IMG/VR virus record: IMGVR_UViG_3300023181_000005
Location: 5,427 to 69,426 of that record
Length of the DNA: 64,000 bases
Reading direction: 5' to 3' (one strand)
Source of the DNA: a virus
Shown: piece by piece, positions 29,379 to 38,217 of the stretch
Numbering within the stretch: the stretch's first letter is position 1
How the letters are laid out: every line of letters starts with the position of its first letter
Program-made: the position numbers and the translations under genes
Notes under the pieces: model-generated
Databases searched by the model: none
Told to the model about the DNA's origin: nothing
The model's input: the letters and a program-made list of their open reading frames with translations, nothing else

Positions 29379-29412
29379 GATTGCGTTAGAGAACAACGAA
29401 CACCAAACAGAT

Positions 29413-29790
29413 ATGAGCACCATGAATCAACCAAAAATAATGCGTAAAACTTCCATTCCAAGATTGCCAGCACTCCCGGCAAATTGGGTACTCAAAGGCG
29501 ATTACCTCACTGATGACGAAGGTTGTCAGCGTTACATCAAAGATAAAGGCGGAAAAATCGACAGAATGCGGATAGCACAAATCCTGGAAGGATACAGCTT
29601 TCAAGAGCATGCTGCCGCGTGGAAGCACGGAACTGAAGCGTATCACAATAACGCACTTATTTCTGCCATCAAAGCATGCCTACCTAATCTTAATCAGCAC
29701 GCAAGCGCCATGCCGGAAGGGGCAGCAAAGAATGAAGCTTTCGCCCGTATCCACGCCTTATATGAGTCTTTGCCTTCCGTTGAATCTTAA
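29413..29790 (+). CDS. Early hypothetical protein
   Basis: Start moved to MSTMNQPK after an A-rich leader. Confidence 0.6.
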   Translation: MSTMNQPKIMRKTSIPRLPALPANWVLKGDYLTDDEGCQRYIKDKGGKIDRMRIAQILEGYSFQEHAAAWKHGTEAYHNNALISAIKACLPNLNQHASAMPEGAAKNEAFARIHALYESLPSVES

Positions 29791-29793
29791 CCC

Positions 29794-29826
29794 CCTTAGC
29801 CCGCGCTGTTTAGGCGCGGGCTAAGG
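29794..29826 (+). other. 13-bp perfect intergenic hairpin
   Basis: CCTTAGCCCGCGC-tgtttag-GCGCGGGCTAAGG with no U tract. Confidence 0.8.
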
Positions 29827-29871
29827 CGGCACAACCCACAAGGGTTAGAGAAACCGAACAAAGATCAAAAT

Positions 29872-30093
29872 ATGACAACCGAATCCACTATCAAAGACGC
29901 CATCGCCCGCTCTATCAGCCACAATGAAATTGTCCGAGTGACCTTCACGGGCGGCGATATTATTGCCGCCCTGACTGAGGTCCAAATCATTGCTGAAGAC
30001 TGCGATAACGTCACTGAAAATAATGGCGATGAGGACGTATGGGGCACGATTGAAAACGGGGATGAGTTCCGCATCCGTATCGCTATTGCCTAA
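29872..30093 (+). CDS. Acidic early hypothetical protein
   Basis: 73 aa, A-rich leader. Confidence 0.65.
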   Translation: MTTESTIKDAIARSISHNEIVRVTFTGGDIIAALTEVQIIAEDCDNVTENNGDEDVWGTIENGDEFRIRIAIA

Positions 30094-30173
30094 GTATGGA
30101 ATAACGCCTAGACACTCGACGCTTGGGGCAACTCAAGCGTCGCAGTCTGGACGAACCAGAATAGAGAACCATT

Positions 30174-30377
30174 ATGAAATTCCGAGTCAACTATAACCAG
30201 GGTCAAGTGTCCCAACGATTCCATCGCATCAATGACGCCATCACTCACCGTAACGCTAACGGCGGCAGCTACATCCAGAGGCAAGAGGCAGATACCGGCG
30301 AATGGTTTCCTTGCAGCGACAAGGGTGCATTCCTTGATATGACTGCAAAAGAGAATGCTGACCATCCCGCGAAATAA
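30174..30377 (+). CDS. Early hypothetical protein
   Basis: 67 aa. Confidence 0.6.
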   Translation: MKFRVNYNQGQVSQRFHRINDAITHRNANGGSYIQRQEADTGEWFPCSDKGAFLDMTAKENADHPAK

Positions 30378-30378
30378 A

Positions 30379-30430
30379 GGTCGAAACGCTCCCCCGAGCG
30401 TCTGACGGTAAAGCCGTCACTGAAGAGACT
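30379..30430 (+). ncRNA. Hammerhead ribozyme, type II
   Basis: GGTC-GAAA-CGCTC(cccc)GAGCG-TC-TGACGG(taaag)CCGTCA-CTGAAGA-GACT: full CUGANGA/GAAA core, GUC cleavage triplet (cut after 30402), all three stems pair. Confidence 0.92.
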
Positions 30431-30472
30431 AAACAAAGAGAGGAAGGCACTCTACAACGCCCAAAAACGAAC

Positions 30473-30883
30473 ATGAACGCAACATACAACGCAGACGCAA
30501 AGACAAAATGGACACGCAGCCACCGCAAGGAAGGTAAGTGCTATTTTGAGTCGTACCAGATCGTTACGATTGACCCTAAGGCAGCGCGCCCTGAATGGCG
30601 AGCAAAGGTCTCTGTGGAGCTTCGGCTCTACGGGACAGGCAACGTTAACACGGCCTGCCTTTGGGTCTGGGCCGAGAAGGTAAACACACAAGGAAGTGGT
30701 CGCGCCGGCGGCTACGGCTACCACCGCCCAAGTCAGGCAGCAAAGGAAGCAATCGAGAACGCGGGCTTTACCTTGTCACAAGACATCGGCGGAGTCGGTG
30801 ACAGCGCTATCACGGAAGCCCTTTGCGCTATCGCTGACAGCCTTGGACTTGAGAACTGGGGTCTAGTGAAGTCACACGCCTAA
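30473..30883 (+). CDS. Early hypothetical protein
   Basis: 136 aa with GSGRAGGYGYHRPS, a motif recurrent in small phage early proteins. Confidence 0.7.
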   Translation: MNATYNADAKTKWTRSHRKEGKCYFESYQIVTIDPKAARPEWRAKVSVELRLYGTGNVNTACLWVWAEKVNTQGSGRAGGYGYHRPSQAAKEAIENAGFTLSQDIGGVGDSAITEALCAIADSLGLENWGLVKSHA

Positions 30884-30980
30884 CCCCGCTGAAAGCGCCC
30901 AACCCCGTTTCCTGCAAGGGAGCGGGGTTGCGGCAGTACAAGGGCAAACCTGCCCGATGAACGGAAACAGAGAACACATT

Positions 30981-31286
30981 ATGAATGCACACGATCACTT
31001 GAGAGAAGCACGCGCTAAATTGGCAGGGCTTCAAAGGATACTGAAAGACATGGACCCTGCTAGCGGGGTTTCATTCGCTGTAAGGCGTGGAGTTGCTAGA
31101 GACGATGATGAAGTGGATAATGACAGTACCAAGCGCCCCTGGGTGACGCTGGAGCTGTCAGAAATGGCACTCGTAAAGGACACCTTAGATTCCCTTATCG
31201 AAGGCGCAAAATACAACGTCACCTTTTGGGAGGGTGCCACCAAGCGCCTGATTTCCGAAGCTCAAAAGGTGCTAGATGAAAAGTAA
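30981..31286 (+). CDS. Early hypothetical protein
   Basis: Start moved to MNAHDH. Confidence 0.6.
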   Translation: MNAHDHLREARAKLAGLQRILKDMDPASGVSFAVRRGVARDDDEVDNDSTKRPWVTLELSEMALVKDTLDSLIEGAKYNVTFWEGATKRLISEAQKVLDEK

Positions 31287-31364
31287 TTAACCCTCACCCA
31301 ATCGCCCGTTGCTGCTCATGCGGCAACGGGTTTTGGCGGTACTGAGAAAGAACAAATACAGAAT

Positions 31365-31673
31365 ATGAAATACGCGACAACACTACAAGAAAGAGCTGCC
31401 TTAAACGGCGTGGAAAGCTATCAGAGAATCGTTCCAGGTGGGCGAGTTGTTATCTATTCGGAGCACACGGACGGAGAAGGTAAGAACTGGCGTTTTTGGC
31501 TATGCTTCCAACATCGCATAGACGCTCCATCAATATTCACTATACGAGATCAGCTTTATTTAGATAAAGACGGACGATGGAGGCATCCACACGGCGCATC
31601 ATCGCGGCGTCACTTCCACAGCCCAAACGCTGCGGCTAAATATGCGGAGGGGTTACAATACGCCACCGAATAA
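31365..31673 (+). CDS. Early hypothetical protein
   Basis: 102 aa. Confidence 0.6.
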   Translation: MKYATTLQERAALNGVESYQRIVPGGRVVIYSEHTDGEGKNWRFWLCFQHRIDAPSIFTIRDQLYLDKDGRWRHPHGASSRRHFHSPNAAAKYAEGLQYATE

Positions 31674-31831
31674 ACCCCTGACCCTCCTAACGGCTATCCG
31701 GCTACTCCTAGCGGCCTGTGTGGCACTCACCAAAACAATCGGGCGCTCCTTTAATCGGGAGCGCCCTTTGAGTTGCCAGAGCTTATTGTAAAATAAGGGC
31801 GAACTGAAGATGAATTAGAACTAAAAACAAT

Positions 31832-32371
31832 ATGACATTCAAACCACAGCCGAAACACACACTGACCGATGCACAAACACTGCACCTATCCTCTCCCGAG
31901 ATGGTGGCTCTTTTCACTGGACCCGATAGGTACTGTATCAAATCCCCGATGCTTTGCGCGTTCATGGATGAGCTAGAAGAAACCGGGTACGTTTACAATG
32001 CTCGCGCTCAAGTGGAGTTTGAGAAAGTTCACAGCCTTTACCCTTCTCCTCTCGATGGCGAACCGGGATACCGCCCGCTCGCCACACTCGTCTATAACTG
32101 CCAAGGATACCGCCGTCATGACCAGCTTGTGCGTGATGGCTGGAGGGTCGGCACGGAGGAAATGCTGCGCGAAGCATTCAACACAAAGCGGGGCATTATG
32201 ATAATAGGCGAAAGTATGCTTGGGAATCCGGCCCAAGAGGTTTTCAAGGTGCGCGAAATTAACGGTAAGCTTTACGCCTTGCGTCCAAACGCTCGCAAGT
32301 TTGCCATGAAAATCATCGGACACCCTTGCAAAATCGTGCCACTCCCAAAAGCAAAGAAACAGCTAGCGTAA
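31832..32371 (+). CDS. Early hypothetical protein
   Basis: 179 aa. Confidence 0.65.
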   Translation: MTFKPQPKHTLTDAQTLHLSSPEMVALFTGPDRYCIKSPMLCAFMDELEETGYVYNARAQVEFEKVHSLYPSPLDGEPGYRPLATLVYNCQGYRRHDQLVRDGWRVGTEEMLREAFNTKRGIMIIGESMLGNPAQEVFKVREINGKLYALRPNARKFAMKIIGHPCKIVPLPKAKKQLA

Positions 32372-32456
32372 TGCACCCCAAAGCGCGGAAACTCACCACC
32401 TCCGCGCTTTCTATTTCCGGTAAGAGAAAATGGTTGCGCCTCAACACCAAACCACC

Positions 32457-32651
32457 ATGCCAACACCCACACCACCCAAAAAACACGCAGGACGCCCCCA
32501 CAAGGACGCAGCCACAAAAGCAAAAGGTTTCAACTGCAAACTCTACCCCTGGGAGATCGAAAAACTCAATTCCCTGCGCGGTGAGCAAAGTGCAGGCCGG
32601 TTCTTCGCCCAGCTTATGAGCGAGCATGAGGACAAAACAGATGCGCCCTAA
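32457..32651 (+). CDS. AT-hook plus RHH-like DNA-binding protein
   Basis: AGRP followed by FNCKLYPWEIEKL...SAGRFFAQL. Confidence 0.55.
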   Translation: MPTPTPPKKHAGRPHKDAATKAKGFNCKLYPWEIEKLNSLRGEQSAGRFFAQLMSEHEDKTDAP

Positions 32652-32734
32652 TACAATATTACACTTTTACACTTGCAATAGTCGAGTGCGATGTGAAAAT
32701 GGAAACGAAAGAGAAAATAACAACGAAACAAATT

Positions 32735-32971
32735 ATGAACTCACCTCACTTCTTCGGAATTACAAAAGACAAGCCATCGCGCAAAGATGCGCAAGCATGG
32801 AATGCACAAGCACAAAAAAATGGAGGCCACTTTGTTGAAGTGAACCTCAAAACTGGATCTGCGCCTGGAATCAATAACGGACGCTACCAAGGATGGTTTG
32901 AGATCGAAAACTTCGGATCACCTCACAACGAGCGCAGAGCTAATGAAATCAAGGATGCGTGCGGAATCTAA
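32735..32971 (+). CDS. Hypothetical protein
   Basis: Follows a TTGCAA-N16-GAAAAT promoter-like site at about 32672. Confidence 0.55.
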   Translation: MNSPHFFGITKDKPSRKDAQAWNAQAQKNGGHFVEVNLKTGSAPGINNGRYQGWFEIENFGSPHNERRANEIKDACGI

Positions 32972-33065
32972 CCCCCATGAAACTCCTCCTCTTCATCCTC
33001 CTAACAACCGCCCTCCCATTCGCGCCGCCCTTCATCGCTAAAGCAATCTCTCAATACCAATCGAA

Positions 33066-33494
33066 ATGAATACACAAAAACACACGCCTGAGCCTTGGAC
33101 TGTTGCGGTCTCAAATACTTGGCCTCATGGAGAGCCTGAGTTGAAGACCAAGCAACTCTGTATCCATGGCGGGAATGGACAGCCGGGATTCGATGGCAAT
33201 ATCATTGCGCCAATCTCTCCCGAGAAGTATGTCACGCCGGTTGATCGAGCTAATGCAGCCCGCATCGTCTCCTGCGTAAACGCATGCGCCGGGATCAATC
33301 CAGAGGCGGTGCCAGCCCTCCATGGCGGGTTAGAAATCCTAATGAACGTCACGCGCCTGCTGTGTGATGAGGTTGGCGTTGATCTGGATTCACCAGTCAA
33401 TGTGAGTTGTAACAGTGAAGCCCTTGCGGGTCTTACTATCGGGAAACTCCTCAAAATGTGCAGTGCCGCACTCAAGAAAGCAAAAGCCCAATGA
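33066..33494 (+). CDS. Phage hypothetical protein (HTPxPW...ANAARIV family)
   Basis: KHTPEPW...DRANAARIVSCVNACAGI. Confidence 0.7.
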   Translation: MNTQKHTPEPWTVAVSNTWPHGEPELKTKQLCIHGGNGQPGFDGNIIAPISPEKYVTPVDRANAARIVSCVNACAGINPEAVPALHGGLEILMNVTRLLCDEVGVDLDSPVNVSCNSEALAGLTIGKLLKMCSAALKKAKAQ

Positions 33495-33818
33495 ATACAC
33501 CAATACAAGACGGAGGACCAGCTTATCCAAGGGTCGGAATGCAGTACAAGGATGCGTCAGGACTGCCTCTTGCTGCTAGCTCTGGGTATGGCTGGGAACT
33601 TGAGCCTCAAAATGGCATGAGTTTGCGCGACCATCTCGCCAGTCAAGCTTTAGCTGGTATTTGTGCTAATCCATCTGTCCACGCGCCCAATCCAATGAGT
33701 GGCTGGATATGCTTACCATTTGGCAGACGCAATGATATTTGCTCGCACGGCATGCCCCCACGGGAAACAGCCAGAAAACTGCACAGCTTGCAAACAGAAT
33801 AAGGAATCAGCCCAATGA
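33491..33818 (+). pseudogene. Frameshifted GGPAFP...MSLRD-family phage gene
   Basis: GGPAYP...GMSLRDHLASQALAG in one frame; the family C-terminus AYHLADAMIFAR is in another frame after about 33706. Confidence 0.65.
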
Positions 33819-33891
33819 TCCACGCAATCAACGCCTGCTTCACACTCGCCCTTGGGATCGTCCTGATCCTTGGGGCGGCAATTTTACTCTC

Positions 33892-34107
33892 ATGAACTAT
33901 CCACGCACACAAGCCGCCGAAGCCATCAGACACTTCGACAACCCATTTTCCGCCAAGGAGTTTTCTCGGCGGCTGGAGGGTGAGCTGGAGGATTATAGGA
34001 AGGTGCTGGAATTGATTCTTAAAGCTTCCAATGGACTGCCAATTCCAACGATCCTTCATTCACCAATCGCAAAAGCTCAATCAGCCATCAACAAACACAA
34101 GCCCTAA
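33892..34107 (+). CDS. Hypothetical protein (PRT..A / FxRxLE family)
   Basis: MNYPRTQAAE...EFSRRLE; tandem paralogue of the next gene. Confidence 0.55.
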   Translation: MNYPRTQAAEAIRHFDNPFSAKEFSRRLEGELEDYRKVLELILKASNGLPIPTILHSPIAKAQSAINKHKP

Positions 34108-34108
34108 C

Positions 34109-34327
34109 ATGAACTCAAACACACCACGAACAGATGCTGCCGAATATGGTCCAGGGAAGGGCGGAATTTCTGGAAGTTGCTCAGCAGACTTCGCCCGCCA
34201 ACTTGAATTGGAGTGCGACAAATATCGGGAGACGCTGGAGGATTTACGGAGAAATGCAATAGCTCTAGGTAATAATGGAACAGTGGAATGGATCACTAAA
34301 ACACTCAACAAGTACGACCAATGCTAG
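34109..34327 (+). CDS. Hypothetical protein (TPRTDA family)
   Basis: MNSNTPRTDAAE...ADFARQLE. Confidence 0.6.
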   Translation: MNSNTPRTDAAEYGPGKGGISGSCSADFARQLELECDKYRETLEDLRRNAIALGNNGTVEWITKTLNKYDQC

Positions 34328-34460
34328 CACCCCTCCTAATCGCCGCCCTACTCGTCTGCGCTGGCTACCTGTGCCTCGCAGAACACTTTAACATTGATGA
34401 GCACCGCCGAAGGAATAGAGCGCGGGCCGCTAGGAATCTGAATAGGATGGAGAACGAATT

Positions 34461-34697
34461 ATGAATGTTGATCCTGAATATTGGAAGTCTTTGCAAAAGG
34501 AGATGAATGATTTGGCTAATGCCCTCATTGAAGCAACTCCAGCGGAGGAGTTGTTTGACATCTCATTCGGGGATAATCCCACTGCCATCACGCTATCGGA
34601 GGCGCGCATCAAAAGCGCCTTGGCCGAGGCGCTTAAAAAGCAAATGCTGAATGGTGAGTTTACTCCCGAAAATCTCAAAATGGAGAGCCAATTATGA
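34461..34697 (+). CDS. Hypothetical protein
   Basis: 78 aa, ATGA overlap with the next gene. Confidence 0.55.
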   Translation: MNVDPEYWKSLQKEMNDLANALIEATPAEELFDISFGDNPTAITLSEARIKSALAEALKKQMLNGEFTPENLKMESQL

Positions 34698-35068
34698 CAC
34701 CCGAAAAACAACGCATCGCCATCGCTGAAGCGTGTGGAGCGCATTACCTCATCTACGAAGGGGGTGAGGGATGGCTCACAACTGAAGACTATGAGCACGC
34801 AGAACAAAAATTGTCCGCTAAGGATTTTACGGGAGATAGGTCGAAGGTGACAGTTTCTGACATCATTCCCGACTACCTGAACGACCTCAACGCCATTCAA
34901 AAAGCAGTTAAGAAACTGCCGTTAACGCAAAGAGATACGTTCATTCGATATTTATCCCAGGTTACTCAACGCTCGCGAATGGCGACTGTTTGTTGGACAA
35001 ATGCTACAGCTAAAGCTGATCAGTTATCAGAAGCCTTCCTTCGCACCATTGGAAAGTGGGTGGAGTAA
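34694..35068 (+). CDS. Phage hypothetical protein (ABA-sandwich-like)
   Basis: QRIAIAEACG...PDYLNDLNA...ATA...EAFLRTIGKW. Confidence 0.6.
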   Translation: MTPEKQRIAIAEACGAHYLIYEGGEGWLTTEDYEHAEQKLSAKDFTGDRSKVTVSDIIPDYLNDLNAIQKAVKKLPLTQRDTFIRYLSQVTQRSRMATVCWTNATAKADQLSEAFLRTIGKWVE

Positions 35069-35083
35069 CCCCACCCCCAAACA

Positions 35084-35113
35084 CCTGCCACTAACCCTGG
35101 CGGGTTTCTTTTT
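35084..35113 (+). terminator. Intrinsic terminator
   Basis: CCTGCCA-ctaaccc-TGGCGGG followed by TTTCTTTTT. Confidence 0.65.
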
Positions 35114-35145
35114 GCCCTAGTGCCGCCCTTGTGCCACAATCAAGA

Positions 35146-35556
35146 ATGACCCTCTCCACTCTCGCCACCCTGTTTCGCGCCATGCAGCTTGTCGCCCACG
35201 CTGCTCACAACCTCGTCAAAGGCCCGACATTCTTTTCCGATCACGAATACCTGGGCGAGCTTTATCCAGCCTACGAGGAAGCGTACGACTCCCTGATTGA
35301 GCGCAGTATCGGGCTCAAGATGCCAATCAACATCCAGCAGATCACCACCGAGGCGTGTAGGATCTTCGGCCAGTCCAAAATCACAGGGGATGCCAAGGCT
35401 GATTTAACGATCATTGACCGATTGGAAGTGATGACCCGCAAGGAGATTGCCGTCCAGATGAAGGCTAACCCCTCGGACGGCGTGCAAAACCTGCTACAAG
35501 GGCTCGCAGACGACTCGGAGGCCCGCAGCTATAAAATCGGTCAACGGGTGGGTTAA
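35146..35556 (+). CDS. Dps/ferritin-like protein
   Basis: HAAHNLVKGPTFFSDHEYLGELY...DSLIER, the Dps ferroxidase pattern (HxxVxGxxFxxxH...DxxxER). Confidence 0.8.
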   Translation: MTLSTLATLFRAMQLVAHAAHNLVKGPTFFSDHEYLGELYPAYEEAYDSLIERSIGLKMPINIQQITTEACRIFGQSKITGDAKADLTIIDRLEVMTRKEIAVQMKANPSDGVQNLLQGLADDSEARSYKIGQRVG

Positions 35557-35777
35557 GACGCCTCCACGGGCTTGTATTCGACCTCTACGGGTCTCTCCTG
35601 GAGCTTTGGCAGGCCGAACATGAGCCTCCATCTGTTATCCTCGCTCATTTCAGCCAGCGCCTTGTGATTCTGGGCGCGGGCGTAGTCGTATTTCGACCAG
35701 AGGCGAATATCGGATGGTAGATCCTCATCGTTATTCAGTTTCGAGCACATTGCGGTAGGCGTTATGAGCATGAACAT
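35553..35777 (-). CDS. Hypothetical protein
   Basis: Last gene of the long minus-strand operon. Confidence 0.45.
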   Translation of the reverse strand: MFMLITPTAMCSKLNNDEDLPSDIRLWSKYDYARAQNHKALAEMSEDNRWRLMFGLPKLQERPVEVEYKPVEAS

Positions 35778-35991
35778 GCTGAGAAACTTCGTTCAATTGC
35801 TCTCGTATTGAAGGCATAAACCGAGCCGTTGAGCCTTTTTGAAGCAAGCGCAGGTTGTTGAGAAGCTGGGTGCATTCTCTGATTGCGATTCTCAATGACG
35901 CATCAGCGGACTTTTGGAGTGATTCTTGTGTTTTCATTTGGACTGAAAAGGCGGATTGGGCCGCAGTTTCCCGCAACCCGCTCCATTTGTT

Positions 35992-36231
35992 CTACTTCCC
36001 GCTGACCTCAATCGTTGTCGGCGCAGGCGCAAGCACTACCGAGCCAACTTCGCGAACAAGGTTGGCATCCTCTGCACTGATTTTGCCTTTGCTCTGTGCG
36101 TACGAGATCGCAAGATTCGCAATCGCACTCGCCTGGGCCTGTTGAGCCGGGGTGAGATTTGAGCACGAAGGCAAGCAAACAGACGCAACGATAAGCAACG
36201 CGGTGATAACGGGAATGGTAAGGATTTTCAT
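35992..36231 (-). CDS. Putative lipoprotein
   Basis: MKILTIPVITALLIVASVCLPSC: signal peptide plus lipobox. Confidence 0.6.
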   Translation of the reverse strand: MKILTIPVITALLIVASVCLPSCSNLTPAQQAQASAIANLAISYAQSKGKISAEDANLVREVGSVVLAPAPTTIEVSGK

Positions 36232-36743
36232 ACTTCGCTAGTTTGGCCGGGTGAGGGCGTGGAGTCAAGTTTCATCGCGGCGGCTATGGCTTCTCGGGCC
36301 GTCTTGCCAGATGAAATCTTTCTCACGATCAATTCGGCATAAGTCTCCCACTCGAATAAACCACCCTCGTTTTCTTCGCAACTCAGCGACAGACCTTTAA
36401 GTTCCAGCCAGTCCAAAAGTTCCGTGTCGGTAGGCCCGCTCACCTCCGCAGTCGGCATTGCGGCATCGTCTGCGTATCTCCAGCCGATGAGGTCAGTATG
36501 TGAATTTATTCTACTCCACCTAAACACATTGGCGGCCATCGTATAGAGAGAAGGTTTTTCATCTTTTGAGATAACAAAAATTAGGCTCTCCCCATCAACA
36601 GGCCCCGGATTTCCAGGAACGTGCTCGATCCAAACTTTGCCGTGAGCTTCAAATGTCCTGACTGGCGGAAATGATTTATCACTCCCAGGCTCATGGCTCT
36701 CCCATGTCATTGGATTATTTTTAGTTGCTTCAAATTGTTTCAT
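36228..36743 (-). CDS. Hypothetical mosaic protein
   Basis: WIEH.PG.P.P module plus TDTELLDWLE...AREAIAAAM module. Confidence 0.6.
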   Translation of the reverse strand: MKQFEATKNNPMTWESHEPGSDKSFPPVRTFEAHGKVWIEHVPGNPGPVDGESLIFVISKDEKPSLYTMAANVFRWSRINSHTDLIGWRYADDAAMPTAEVSGPTDTELLDWLELKGLSLSCEENEGGLFEWETYAELIVRKISSGKTAREAIAAAMKLDSTPSPGQTSEV

Positions 36744-37009
36744 AAATATAATTTTCCAAATTCGTTTTTAATTTCCTGATCGTCTCTGGCGCAATTGATG
36801 ATGTTGGTAACGTATTGACCGGCTCCACATGCAATGGATTTCACCTCTGATGGGTAGCCGTAGATGTCTTGAACGAAGCGTCCATAGCTTTTACCTTCGC
36901 CGTCAAACATATCTGCAAGATGTTGCATAATGAATGCGAGTTGCTGGCCGGTTGGCTTGCTTTGCCCCTCAAGAATGGAGTCGTGACGGTCATCTGGCGG
37001 TATACTCAT
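36740..37009 (-). CDS. Hypothetical protein
   Basis: 89 aa, ATGA overlap. Confidence 0.55.
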   Translation of the reverse strand: MSIPPDDRHDSILEGQSKPTGQQLAFIMQHLADMFDGEGKSYGRFVQDIYGYPSEVKSIACGAGQYVTNIINCARDDQEIKNEFGKLYL

Positions 37010-37496
37010 CCCTCACCCTCCTTATACTTGGCGCGGAAGGTGGTTAAAACTCGCTCAAGAGAACTCCACTTCTCAGCGGTGTGACAGGCTGCACATCCTC
37101 CAGAGGTACCATAGCGGGCGCAAGCTGGGAGAGGGCGGCTTTACTGATGCAAACAAGACACACATTCCCCGCTTTGTGAGAGATTGGCCGTGGATGATCA
37201 ATCCCCTCTTCGCCCCAGTCAGAACAATCGGCACCATCCAGCCAAAGTTCCACCACCCCTCTAAGCACAGCCTCCCGCGCCTGGGATTCGCGCTGCCCTC
37301 GCATACACTCCTGAGCTATCTCATGCTGCCTAATACCGTAATCCATCTGGCGCTTGTACTCATCCTTCATTTCCTCCAGTTGCTTTTGGAGTGAGGCATA
37401 TTCTGCGATGTGGACGCTATCGCCAAGGGTGAGTCCGCAGGTAGGGCATAAAGTGGCAAGCTTTGCATCTCTTGGCGTGTCAGTATTACTATTCAT
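37006..37496 (-). pseudogene. Hypothetical gene with a probable frameshift near 37085
   Basis: The frame stops at 37044, but the shifted frame (..ERVLTTFRAKYKEGEG*) ends in an ATGA overlap with the next start at 37009. Confidence 0.45.
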
Positions 37497-37680
37497 TATC
37501 GTGCTCATGTTTAATTCTTTCTGATTTTGGAATTTCGTAGGTGAATGAGCTTTTGATAAAACCCCTCTTGTCTGGCATACAGTCACACTGACTAACGGGC
37601 TCATCGGCATAAGCGCCAGCACAGCTTTTGCAGATATAAATAGCCCGTGTTACTTTCATTGTTTCAGTATTACTATTCAT
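37489..37680 (-). CDS. Small Cys-rich protein
   Basis: ICKSC...QCDC; flanked by a 17-bp direct repeat. Confidence 0.55.
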   Translation of the reverse strand: MNSNTETMKVTRAIYICKSCAGAYADEPVSQCDCMPDKRGFIKSSFTYEIPKSERIKHEHDNE

Positions 37681-37981
37681 CGGTTTTCTTGGTTAGGGTG
37701 TTGTAGGATGTGAGGGCCTCTGATACATTGCGAATATTATTCAATGCGCTTGGTGGTGCTGATTCGAAGTCTGGATAAGGATCTCCGACTTGCTCCGCGC
37801 ACACTACGCGAAGGCGCTGGACACAGCCAATTAGAGCATCATAGAGGTCTTGAGCAACCTTCTCCATCTCCAGCCCGCGCTTAGCGGTGGCGAGGAGTTG
37901 CTGGAATTCAGTTAGGTTCATTTTACCTAAAGAGGCCGTATCCTCAATGTGCTCAATCTCTGCGAGTGTGAGTGTTTTCAT
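37673..37981 (-). CDS. Hypothetical protein
   Basis: 102 aa, overlaps the next gene. Confidence 0.55.
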   Translation of the reverse strand: MKTLTLAEIEHIEDTASLGKMNLTEFQQLLATAKRGLEMEKVAQDLYDALIGCVQRLRVVCAEQVGDPYPDFESAPPSALNNIRNVSEALTSYNTLTKKTDE

Positions 37982-37982
37982 T

Positions 37983-38183
37983 TCAAATATTCACCTTCCC
38001 AGGTTGAGTAGAGGACTTGAGAGCCATCCTTATTTTGAGGGCTGTTGCTGGCGATACAGCTATGCCTTCACATAAAGCCGCCATTAAAGCTTGGTGAGCT
38101 TTGTTCTTTTCAGAGATAGCCGTTAAAAGCTGGTCTCGCAGGCTTGCTATTTCTTGTTCCATTGCGTTTTTAGGTTCTTTCAT
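37983..38183 (-). CDS. Hypothetical protein
   Basis: 66 aa. Confidence 0.5.
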   Translation of the reverse strand: MKEPKNAMEQEIASLRDQLLTAISEKNKAHQALMAALCEGIAVSPATALKIRMALKSSTQPGKVNI

Positions 38184-38217
38184 AATCCTTGTTTCTCCAT
38201 CGTTTCTATCAGTTTCG

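Noticed and set aside
30930-30970. Possible second hammerhead (GGGCA-aacc-TGCCC-GATGA...GAAAC)
   Set aside because: Core reads CCGATGA rather than CTGANGA, there is no stem II, and no NUH triplet abuts stem I.
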